This document shows, in pieces, positions 8,196-15,124 of a stretch of 64,000 bases of DNA (position 1 is the first letter of the stretch; every line of letters starts with the position of its first letter). The position numbers and the translations under genes are program-made. Below the pieces are notes generated by a model. It had not been told where the DNA came from. It made no database searches and saw only the letters and a program-made list of their open reading frames with translations. The stretch is taken from contig OZ219874.1 of NCBI GenBank assembly GCA_964291495.2, forward strand, positions 47,440 through 111,439. Direction: 5' to 3'. Source of the DNA: Dehalococcoidia bacterium (GTDB lineage: Bacteria; Chloroflexota; Dehalococcoidia; UBA2979).

Positions 8196-8820
8196 GGTTC
8201 CACTCTGCGCATTGCGCGAGCACCTCGAGGAACGGAGATTCGACTCGCAGCAGGCGGCGGCAGTCGCCGATGTGGTGCAAGCGACGATGGCCGATGTTGG
8301 ATGGGCGATCGACAGGTTCCCGCGGGAGATAGTCGACAGCTACCAGTGGCGGCCGACGTCGACAATCGACAGCTACCCGTGGACGATCACGGAGGAAGTC
8401 CGCAGCCTCCGGCATGGCCGTCACGGCCATGGCCCTGGCGACGGTCACGATGGTTGTTGCGCTGATCGTCTTCGCGTTGGTGCTGGTCGCTATCGGAAAA
8501 AACTCGCAGCCGGACATCGGATCCCCCGATCCACCGCTGAGCCAGGAGGCGCCCGTCACCCCAGGTCGCTAAGGCCGGTCGCTGCGGCTCGAGTTACACC
8601 GGAGCCCGGGTCGTGCCGAAGAGGCCTCGCCGCAGTTCGTAGGTCCGGTGAAGGCTCCGCGCTCGTTTCGCCGCGGCCTGTCGCACGCCGGCGACCACTC
8701 GCCGCCGGCGACCGCCACGCCGACGCCCGCGCCGACCCCGGCCGCCACTCCGGCGCCAACCAGCACGCCGACCGCCACCGCCACGCCCGACGGCCAGCGC
8801 GCCAGTCGCGGGCTCAGAAG

Positions 8821-8873
8821 CCGGGCTGGCACGTGGTGGAGATGCGCCACAGCCGACCCGGTGGCGAGTTGGC
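8821..8873. repeat. Short intergenic repeat family B, copy 1
   Basis: ccgggctggcacgtGgtggagatgcgCCAcagccgAcccggtggcgagttggc matches 13213..13262 apart from 2 substitutions and 3 single-base indels. Confidence 0.85.
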
Positions 8874-8909
8874 AGCGCGCCGCATCGGGCGTAAGCCAGG
8901 CAAGCCTTC

Positions 8910-9575
8910 TCAGGTCAACACCGCACGGTACTCGGCGAGTAGCGCCTCGACGTAGCGCCGCGCCGCGCCGCCGGCGAGATCGCGATCGCCGGGAGGGAGG
9001 GGCAGGCCGTCTTGCTGCTCCGCCAGCGCGTCGCCGGACGAGCGATCGGCGAAGAACACGTAGGCGATGCCGTCCGGCTCGAGTCGGGACCTCCAGCTCA
9101 ACCCCGCTGCCTCCGTGTCCCAACTGCGGATCGCCGCGGCCCAGCGGCGCGTCATGGCGTACTCCGCTGCGGGGGCGACAGTGAGCCACCCATCCTGCCC
9201 GAGCGCAGCCAGGTCACGGCCGGAGCGCAGACTTACAAGATTCAGGTCGCGGGTTGTGCGCAGCCACCCGATGCGCAGGCCGTCAAGCTGTCGGCGGGGC
9301 AGCAGGCGACCTCCGCGCTCGTCGATCGGCAACTCGCGGAGCAGCGCTTCGGCCACGGCGGTGGAGTCGTCGCCGGCTGCATAGAGGAAGGCGTACGGAT
9401 CCTCGAGTGTGGAGTCAAAACGCCCGCCCTCGAGAGCACTCCGCGCCACGGTTGGGTTGAAGGCGGCGACGTCGAACGCTGCATCGTGCAGGCGCGTGAG
9501 CACCGTGCCGGCCCGCAGCACCAGCCGCCGTGGTGTGCCATCGAAACGGGGCGGCGGCAGGAGGTGTGGTGGCAA
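8910..9575 (-). CDS. RES-domain toxin (Xre-RES / MbcT-ParT-like type II TA)
   Basis: 221 aa with a TTG start 14 nt after the antitoxin stop. RES signature as read: GGRFDS..YAFLYAAGDDSTAVAEALL..GLSWRSRLEPDGIAYVFF. Confidence 0.8.
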   Translation of the reverse strand: MPPHLLPPPRFDGTPRRLVLRAGTVLTRLHDAAFDVAAFNPTVARSALEGGRFDSTLEDPYAFLYAAGDDSTAVAEALLRELPIDERGGRLLPRRQLDGLRIGWLRTTRDLNLVSLRSGRDLAALGQDGWLTVAPAAEYAMTRRWAAAIRSWDTEAAGLSWRSRLEPDGIAYVFFADRSSGDALAEQQDGLPLPPGDRDLAGGAARRYVEALLAEYRAVLT

Positions 9576-9588
9576 CCGCGCGTTCCCG

Positions 9589-10308
9589 CTAGCCGAGAGG
9601 CCGGGTCAGAGCGCTGGCTACAGCGGCCAGCTCGCTGGCGCGCTCTGTGCCGACCAGGTCGCGCGGCCGCGCCCCAAGGCGATCGTTGCGCGAGATCCAC
9701 CAGGAGGCGACGCCCCACGGATCGCCGGCAGCATCGAGTTGCTCGTTGACCGTCCGTACCTCGGGCGCCACATCGCGGTGTGCAGCGTCGAACTGGAAAG
9801 TCGGAAAAAGATAGCCGCGACCCGCCAGCAGGCCGAGCAGCCACGAGCGTTCGCGGTAGCGTCGCACCCGCTCGCGGTTCTCCCGCCTGGCCCCGAGCGC
9901 CAGTGCAGCGTCTCCGGCCTCGATCATCGGCTCGTCCCAGATCGCGCGCAGCGCCTCGCCCTCGACCTGTGTCTGGAGCAGCAGCGCACGCTCGTGCTCG
10001 TCAAGCACGCGACGGGGCTCGCCACCGAGCCGCCGCGCGAACTCGTGCTGATTCGCTAGCAGCGCGAGCAAGCTGTGAATCCGCGCCTCGGCCCCGGACA
10101 GCGCCCCGTGCCGCGCCGCCAATCGCGCCGCCGCGTCGAGCAACTCCTCTTGCTCTGCCTGCCAAGTATCTGCGAGCCGCGTCAGGATGCGCGGGACGTC
10201 GCGCCCCCGGCGCTGCGCCAACGCCACGCAGGCGATCTCCAGCTGCTCGTCGTCGAGCTCGCGGGCGAATTCACTGATGCGTTGTTCCAAGTCGGGTTGG
10301 GACGTCAT
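9589..10308 (-). CDS. Cognate antitoxin with C-terminal DUF2384-like (Xre/MbcA/ParS toxin-binding) domain
   Basis: 239 aa, immediately upstream of the RES gene. The C-terminus DPWGVASWWISRNDRLGARPRDLV fits the DUF2384 pattern. Confidence 0.7.
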   Translation of the reverse strand: MTSQPDLEQRISEFARELDDEQLEIACVALAQRRGRDVPRILTRLADTWQAEQEELLDAAARLAARHGALSGAEARIHSLLALLANQHEFARRLGGEPRRVLDEHERALLLQTQVEGEALRAIWDEPMIEAGDAALALGARRENRERVRRYRERSWLLGLLAGRGYLFPTFQFDAAHRDVAPEVRTVNEQLDAAGDPWGVASWWISRNDRLGARPRDLVGTERASELAAVASALTRPLG

Positions 10309-10390
10309 GAGAGGTGCTCCGGGCTATGTTGCTGACGATCCAGTGCGATTATACCACTGTCAGAAACGTATCACCGGCGACGGCTCGCAG

Positions 10391-10464
10391 CGCTTTGACC
10401 ATCTCCAAACTGCGGAGACAGGCTCGACTCACTGAGCCCCCGGCGGATGCGTGTCAACCGCCGG
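10391..10464. repeat. 74-nt repeat family A, copy 1 (two hairpins)
   Basis: cgctttgaccatctccAAACtgcggagaCaggctcgactcactgagcccccggcggatgcgtgtcaaccgccgg. 69/74 identical to 14841..14914, same orientation. Confidence 0.9.
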
Positions 10465-10505
10465 GGCTTCAGAGTTGCCGGGAGCACGATGGGCTGACGC
10501 TCCCG

Positions 10506-10712
10506 CTAGTACGTCCGCCTGAAGTGTACCCAGGTCGCGATCAGAAGGCCCACGCCAAGGACGGCAATGACGCACACTTGGACGAGCCATGCCGAGACAA
10601 GACTGGGGTCACCGATCGACCCGCCCGCCAGCACCCAAGACACCCAGATCATGAGAGTACCGCCCAATAGGCCGATACAGGTGCAGATGAATGGCAGGCG
10701 AATCACGTCCAT
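10506..10712 (-). CDS. Possible small two-TM membrane protein
   Basis: C-terminal 68 codons of ORF 10506..10952: MDVIRLPFICTCIGLLGGTLMIWVSWVLAGGSIGDPSLVSAWLVQVCVIAVLGVGLLIATWVHFRRTY. This part is hydrophobic and protein-like, unlike the Arg-rich upstream part. Confidence 0.3.
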   Translation of the reverse strand: MDVIRLPFICTCIGLLGGTLMIWVSWVLAGGSIGDPSLVSAWLVQVCVIAVLGVGLLIATWVHFRRTY

Positions 10713-10964
10713 CAGTCCCTCCGGGATCCACCACCAAATGGTCCCACATCCCGCTCGGTCGCCTCGAGCGGTTCGGCGGCGCCGGGCGACGTATTGACAC
10801 GACCGACCGCGCGCCGCACGCTGACTACGGCTCACCACAGCCGCGTCGTACCAGGCAGAGGCCTCTTCGGATTGAGGCTGTCCGCGCCCCCTTGGAGGCT
10901 CTAAGCCGGGTACCTGGCGGCTTGTGGTGAGTAGCCGATATCCGCGCCACAAGGGGGCACCTCG

Positions 10965-13157
10965 ATGGGCCTGCTGCCGCCACTCGCCAGGCCGAGGAAC
11001 ACGCTAGAGGCGGTCGCGCTCGTCGCGGGGGTCTGCTCCATAGCGCTACTCGCGCTGGTCGGCACCTCGTGCGAGGGCGAGGAGTCCCAGGACACCGCAG
11101 CACGTCCAGAGCCCACCGCGACGCCACAGGCCACCGCAACAGCACTCACGACCGCCACGCCACGTGCCACCACTGTGCCGCAGGCGACCGCCATGGTACC
11201 GGCGACCGCCACGCCTGAGGCCACCGCCACGCCGCGAGCGACCGCCACGCCGCAGGCCACCGCTACCCCGCAGGCCACCGCTACCCGGGCGCCAACCAGC
11301 ACGCCGACCACCACGGCCACACCGATGGCCAGCACGCCAGTGGCGGGCTCCGCAGCGCCGGACCGGGCCGTGCTGGCCGCGCTCTACAACGCCACGGGCG
11401 GCGCCAACTGGCTGAACAGCACGAATTGGCTGACCGACAGGCCGATCGGCGAGTGGCATGGCGTCACCACGGACGGGGCCGGCCGCGTCACGGCGCTGAA
11501 CCTTGAGGCGAACCAGTTGAGCGGGCCGCTTCCGGCCGATTTGGGTGACTTGGCCAACCTGCAGGCCCTGTCCCTACAAGACAATCAGTTGAGCGGGTCG
11601 ATTCCGGCAGAACTCGGTGAACTGACCAACCTGAGGGTCCTGTCCCTGGAGAACAATCGGTTGAGCGGTTCGATCCCGGCCGCATTGGGTGACCTGGCCA
11701 ACTTGACGGCCTTGTTCCTACAGAACAATCGGCTGGGCGGGCCCATCCCGGCCGAGCTGGGCGAACTGGCGAACGTGAGGATCATGCTCCTCACCGGTAA
11801 CGATTCGATCGAATGCGTCCCTCGTGGCTTGCGCGACGTCGGTTTGTCGGACTTGCGGTTCTGCGTGCCGGCCGATTACGCGCCGACCGGCACGCAGATC
11901 TCGAACAGGGACGCGCTCGTCGCGCTCTATGAAGCGACCCAAGGGGCACTCTGGCTGAACAGCACCAATTGGCTGACCGAGAGGCCGATCGGCGAGTGGC
12001 ACGGCGTAACCACGGACGGCGCGGGCCGGGTCATCGTGCTGCGCCTCTCGCAGAACGGGCTGATTGGGCAGCTCCCTGCGGAGCTCGGCAGTCTCGCCCA
12101 CCTCGAGGGCCTGCTGCTTGCGTCAAACTTCCTGAACGGGCCGATTCCCGCCGAGCTGGGTGGTCTCGCGAACCTCGGAGGCTTGGATCTCTCGAACAAC
12201 GAGCTGAGCGGACCGATCCCGGTCTCGCTCGGAGAACTCACCCTCTTGACCTCCCTGTCCCTCGGCGCGAACCAGCTGAGCGGGCCGATCCCGGCCGAGT
12301 TAGGGAGCCTTCCCAACCTCACGGAGCTGCGGTTGAGCCAGAACGAGTTGCACGGGCCGATTCCCCCAGAGTTGGGCGGCCTCAGCGAACTCAGGTGGCT
12401 GGGGCTCTCGGGAAACGAGCTGAGCGGAGCGATCCCGGCCGAGTTGGGTGGCCTCGCGAGGCTGCAGTGGCTGAAGATCTCCGGGAACAGGCTAAGCGGG
12501 CTGATCCCGCCAGCGTTGGCCCGCCTCACCGGCTTGCGGGAGTTGGTCCTCGACGGCAACGAGTTGAGCGGGCCTGTCCCGGCCTGGATTGGACAGTTCA
12601 CCGCCCTCGGAAACTTGTCGCTCGGAGCGAATCAGTTGAGCGGGCCGATCCCGGCGGAGTTGGGCAACCTCAGCAACCTGAAGCGGCTGTCCCTTGGGGC
12701 GAATCAACTGAGCGGGCCGATTCCGCCGGAGTTGGGCAACCTCAGCAACCTGGCGGCGCTCTCCCTCGAGGAGAATCGGCTAAGCGGGCCGATTCCCCCA
12801 GCGTTGAGCCGCCTCACCAGCTTGTCGGAGTTGATCCTCGACGGCAACGAGTTGAGCGGGCCAGTTCGGGCTTGGATTGGAGAGCTCATCGCCCTCGAGT
12901 ACCTGTTCCTCGGAGCGAACCGGCTCAGCGGGCCGATTCCGCCGGAGTTGGGGAACCTCAGCAACCTGCGGACGCTCTCCCTCGAGGCGAATCAACTGAG
13001 CGGGCCGATCCCCCCAGAGTTGAGTGACCTGGTCAACCTGCAGCTGAGTACCCTCTTCCTGGCCGGCAATGAGTTCACTGGGTGCATACCCGGAGGCTTG
13101 CGAGAGCTTCCGCAGAGTGATCTGGGTGCGCTCGGTCTAGCGTTCTGCGAGCTCTAG
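10965..13157 (+). CDS. Large leucine-rich-repeat (plant-type LRR) protein, two LRR blocks
   Basis: 730 aa. Hydrophobic N-terminus ending ..LLALVGTSC, then a long Thr/Pro/Ala linker (ATATPQ-type). Two LRRNT-like caps (DRAVLAALYNATGGANWLNSTNWLTDRPIGEWHGVTTD and RDALVALYEATQGALWLNSTNWLTERPIGEWHGVTTD) are each followed by LxxLxxLxLxxNxLSGPIPxELG repeats. Confidence 0.85.
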   Translation: MGLLPPLARPRNTLEAVALVAGVCSIALLALVGTSCEGEESQDTAARPEPTATPQATATALTTATPRATTVPQATAMVPATATPEATATPRATATPQATATPQATATRAPTSTPTTTATPMASTPVAGSAAPDRAVLAALYNATGGANWLNSTNWLTDRPIGEWHGVTTDGAGRVTALNLEANQLSGPLPADLGDLANLQALSLQDNQLSGSIPAELGELTNLRVLSLENNRLSGSIPAALGDLANLTALFLQNNRLGGPIPAELGELANVRIMLLTGNDSIECVPRGLRDVGLSDLRFCVPADYAPTGTQISNRDALVALYEATQGALWLNSTNWLTERPIGEWHGVTTDGAGRVIVLRLSQNGLIGQLPAELGSLAHLEGLLLASNFLNGPIPAELGGLANLGGLDLSNNELSGPIPVSLGELTLLTSLSLGANQLSGPIPAELGSLPNLTELRLSQNELHGPIPPELGGLSELRWLGLSGNELSGAIPAELGGLARLQWLKISGNRLSGLIPPALARLTGLRELVLDGNELSGPVPAWIGQFTALGNLSLGANQLSGPIPAELGNLSNLKRLSLGANQLSGPIPPELGNLSNLAALSLEENRLSGPIPPALSRLTSLSELILDGNELSGPVRAWIGELIALEYLFLGANRLSGPIPPELGNLSNLRTLSLEANQLSGPIPPELSDLVNLQLSTLFLAGNEFTGCIPGGLRELPQSDLGALGLAFCEL
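12486..13061 (+). repeat. Tandem duplication of a 288-bp (4-LRR) unit inside the LRR gene
   Basis: Unit 1 (12486..12773) begins NRLSGLIPPALARLTGLRELVLDGNELSGPVPAWIGQFTALGNLSLGANQLSGPIPAELGNLSNLKRLSLGANQLSGPIPPEL. Unit 2 (12774..13061) begins NRLSGPIPPALSRLTSLSELILDGNELSGPVRAWIGELIALEYLFLGANRLSGPIPPELGNLSNLRTLSLEANQLSGPIPPEL. Confidence 0.8.
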
Positions 13158-13212
13158 CCGGGCGCTTGACTCGGGGGCCGTTCCAGCACCTCGACGTGCG
13201 CGCCCAGCGGAA

Positions 13213-13262
13213 CCGGGCTGGCACGTAGTGGAGATGCGTCAGCCGCCCGGTGGCGAGTTGGC
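13213..13262. repeat. Short intergenic repeat family B, copy 2
   Basis: ccgggctggcacgtAgtggagatgcgTcagccgcccggtggcgagttggc, 56 nt downstream of the LRR gene stop. See 8821..8873. Confidence 0.85.
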
Positions 13263-13293
13263 CGTACGCCGCTGACGTAGGGAGACAACCACG

Positions 13294-13686
13294 ATGACGG
13301 GAACCTCGCCTCCGCACCCGGACTACGGAGCCGACGTGCGCGCGTTCCGCTCCGAGTTTCCGGACGTAGTCACTGAGCTGCGCCGACTGCTCGGCGCCAG
13401 GATCTGCGCGGTCTTGGGGTCGGTACAGGACACACGCGTCGTCGAGGAGTGGGCGGCGGGCTCACGCAAACCGCCGGCGACAGTAGAGCGGCGGCTGCGC
13501 GTCGCCCTGCAGGCCGCCGCACCGATCGCCGAGGCGGACTCGCCCGGCGTGGCCCAGGCCTGGTTCCGGGGTATGAACCCGCTACTTGACGACCACTCGC
13601 CGCTGCTGCTGCTGAGCGATGGAGACCTCGACGAAGCGCAGCCCGCGGTGATCGGCGCGGCCCGGGAGTTCGTCGCCGCCGGCTAG
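13294..13686 (+). CDS. Hypothetical protein, DUF2384-like C-terminal region (orphan antitoxin-like)
   Basis: 130 aa with an ATG start. ..SPGVAQAWFRGMNPLLDDHSPLLLLSDGD.. resembles the W..pn..L.g.sP..ll motif of Xre/MbcA/ParS toxin-binding domains. No RES partner follows. Confidence 0.5.
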   Translation: MTGTSPPHPDYGADVRAFRSEFPDVVTELRRLLGARICAVLGSVQDTRVVEEWAAGSRKPPATVERRLRVALQAAAPIAEADSPGVAQAWFRGMNPLLDDHSPLLLLSDGDLDEAQPAVIGAAREFVAAG

Positions 13687-13720
13687 GCTGCACTCGTCCG
13701 TGACCGGCAGATTCCTCGTG
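13655..13720. repeat. Repeat family C, copy 1 (3' end of 13294..13686 plus 34 nt downstream)
   Basis: gcgcggcccgggagttcgtcgccgccGgctaggctgcactcgtccgtGAccGGcagattcctcgtg, nearly identical to 14756..14820. Confidence 0.85.
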
Positions 13721-13848
13721 GCGGCGAGTCGTGGTATCGGCACGGCAAACTGCACCGCGAGGACGGCCCAGCGCTGATCTTCGCGAACGGCGGCGAGTCG
13801 TGGTACCGCCACGGCGAGTACCACCGCGAGGACGGGCCGGCGTTGACC
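13720..13848 (+). pseudogene. MORN-variant repeat remnant (two repeats, no start codon)
   Basis: GGESWYRHGKLHREDGPALIFAN GGESWYRHGEYHREDGPALT. It is in the same frame as the upstream gene and follows its TAG stop. No ATG/GTG/TTG lies between the stop and the repeats. Confidence 0.4.
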
Positions 13849-14039
13849 CACCGTCTCCTCCACCAGCACGTACCGTACCCAGAACTCGGCCGACGGCCTC
13901 TCGCTCGTTGCTGTGTGCGCGTGATCAGGCCCGCATGGGATGCGCTTCGGCGGCCAGGACGGCGACGCGACCCTGCGCGGTCCGGGTGCTCCCGCCGTAG
14001 AATGATTGGACGAGGGGGCGCGCCCGCGAAGGAGGACGG

Positions 14040-14330
14040 ATGACGAACACAGAGGCTCCCACCCGCGAGCGCAGGCCCAGGGAGGAAACCACTCGCCTCG
14101 GCCGGGAGATTTACGAACAGGAGATCAAGGCACAGGTGGAGCCGGGCCACCACGGCGAGTACGTCGCCGTCGACGTCGAGAGCGGGGGATGGGCGATGGC
14201 CGCCGATGCTCTATCCGCGGCGAATCGCCTGCGGGAGCAGCACCCCGAGGCGCTCGACGTCTTCCTCCTTCGGGTCGGGCATCGAGCGTTGCATCACTTC
14301 GGGGGCCGACCCTGGCGGATGGCCGAGTGA
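14040..14330 (+). CDS. Small protein (DUF5678-like) paired with aspartic protease
   Basis: 96 aa with RBS aggagg. ..GEYVAVDVESGGWAMAADALSAANRLREQHPEALDVFLLRVG.. Its stop overlaps the next gene's start (GTGA). Confidence 0.6.
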   Translation: MTNTEAPTRERRPREETTRLGREIYEQEIKAQVEPGHHGEYVAVDVESGGWAMAADALSAANRLREQHPEALDVFLLRVGHRALHHFGGRPWRMAE

Positions 14331-14710
14331 TCGAGGGCGTGGTTAACGCTGCGTACGAGGCCATCATCCCCCTTTCCCTGCAAGGTCCGTTGGCAGAGGC
14401 GAGTGAAGTCGAGGCGGTGGTAGACACCGGATTCACCGGATTCCTGACCTTGCCGCCTTCGCTCGTGGCGGAGTTGGGACTGATTCTCCAGGGCACCAGC
14501 GAGGGGACGCTGGCCGACGGCAGCGAAGTCTCCTTCGATGCGTACGAAGCCACGGTGCTCTGGGACGGCGAGCCGAGGGTCGTACTCATCGACGAGGCAG
14601 ACACGACTCCCCTCGTGGGCATGCTGCTGCTCAACACGTACAACCTGAACATTGGAGTTGAGAACGGCGGCCGCGTCCTCATATGGCGCCTCCCAGTGCC
14701 TACAGCCTGA
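14327..14710 (+). CDS. Retropepsin-like (clan AA) aspartic protease
   Basis: GTG at 14327 overlaps the upstream TGA. VIEGVVNAAYEAIIPLSLQG..VEAVVDTGFTGFLTLPPSLVAELGL.. carries the D-T-G active-site motif. The longer ORF 14006..14710 has an Arg-rich, implausible N-terminus. Confidence 0.7.
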   Translation: MIEGVVNAAYEAIIPLSLQGPLAEASEVEAVVDTGFTGFLTLPPSLVAELGLILQGTSEGTLADGSEVSFDAYEATVLWDGEPRVVLIDEADTTPLVGMLLLNTYNLNIGVENGGRVLIWRLPVPTA

Positions 14711-14755
14711 CCACACACCTGAAAGTGCGAGGCATGGGGGCGTTCACGGCGTCGA

Positions 14756-14820
14756 GCGCGGCCCGGGAGTTCGTCGCCGCCAGCTAGGCTGCACTCGTCC
14801 GTACCCACAGATTCCTCGTG
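14756..14820. repeat. Repeat family C, copy 2 (gene-less copy)
   Basis: gcgcggcccgggagttcgtcgccgccAgctaggctgcactcgtccgtacccacagattcctcgtg. It encodes only ..AAREFVAAS* with no upstream gene body. Confidence 0.85.
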
Positions 14821-14840
14821 ACGGTCCGGTGGCGATACGT

Positions 14841-14914
14841 CGCTTTGACCATCTCCGAGTTGCGGAGATAGGCTCGACTCACTGAGCCCCCGGCGGATGC
14901 GTGTCAACCGCCGG
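14841..14914. repeat. 74-nt repeat family A, copy 2
   Basis: cgctttgaccatctccGAGTtgcggagaTaggctcgactcactgagcccccggcggatgcgtgtcaaccgccgg. See 10391..10464. Confidence 0.9.
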
Positions 14915-14924
14915 AACTCACCCG

Positions 14925-14949
14925 GGAGGGGTCGCTGAGCGACCCCTCC
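14925..14949 (+). terminator. Strong GC hairpin (terminator-like)
   Basis: GGAGGGGTCGC-TGA-GCGACCCCTCC (11-bp stem) followed by TTGATCTCT. It lies between repeat A copy 2 and the HerA gene's 3' end. Confidence 0.4.
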
Positions 14950-15124
14950 TTGATCTCTCGCACAGTCCCGGCGCGCCCGACACCGATTGCAACCTGCTTG
15001 CAGGTAGCCTCTGGCTATCGACGACCGCGGCGGACTGCAGCCGCCCCGGACCACCCCGCGCGCTGCCCGGCACCGGCCTGCAGAGCCAACATCCAGGTGC
15101 CTGGGAAGGAACCTTGCTAGAGCC

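Noticed and set aside
8147-8225. Possible complete tRNA gene
   Set aside because: Only the 3' 49 nt fold as tRNA. The 5' portion cannot form the acceptor stem (GCCCCCA is required and absent) or a D arm. It is reported as a fragment only.
8648-9184. 178-aa plus-strand ORF treated as a gene
   Set aside because: Its second half is antisense to the RES toxin gene and is Arg-rich. Only the Thr/Pro stretch looks meaningful, and that is interpreted as a gene remnant.
11100-11340. Periodic short DNA repeats (gccaccgc-acgcc-cag..), considered as a CRISPR or tandem-repeat array
   Set aside because: The repeats are in frame within the LRR protein and encode the ATATPQ-type Thr/Pro linker. There are no unique spacers. 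The 72-bp periodicity at 11.5-13.0 kb and 2.6-3.3 kb is likewise the LRR coding repeat. No CRISPR array is present in the window.
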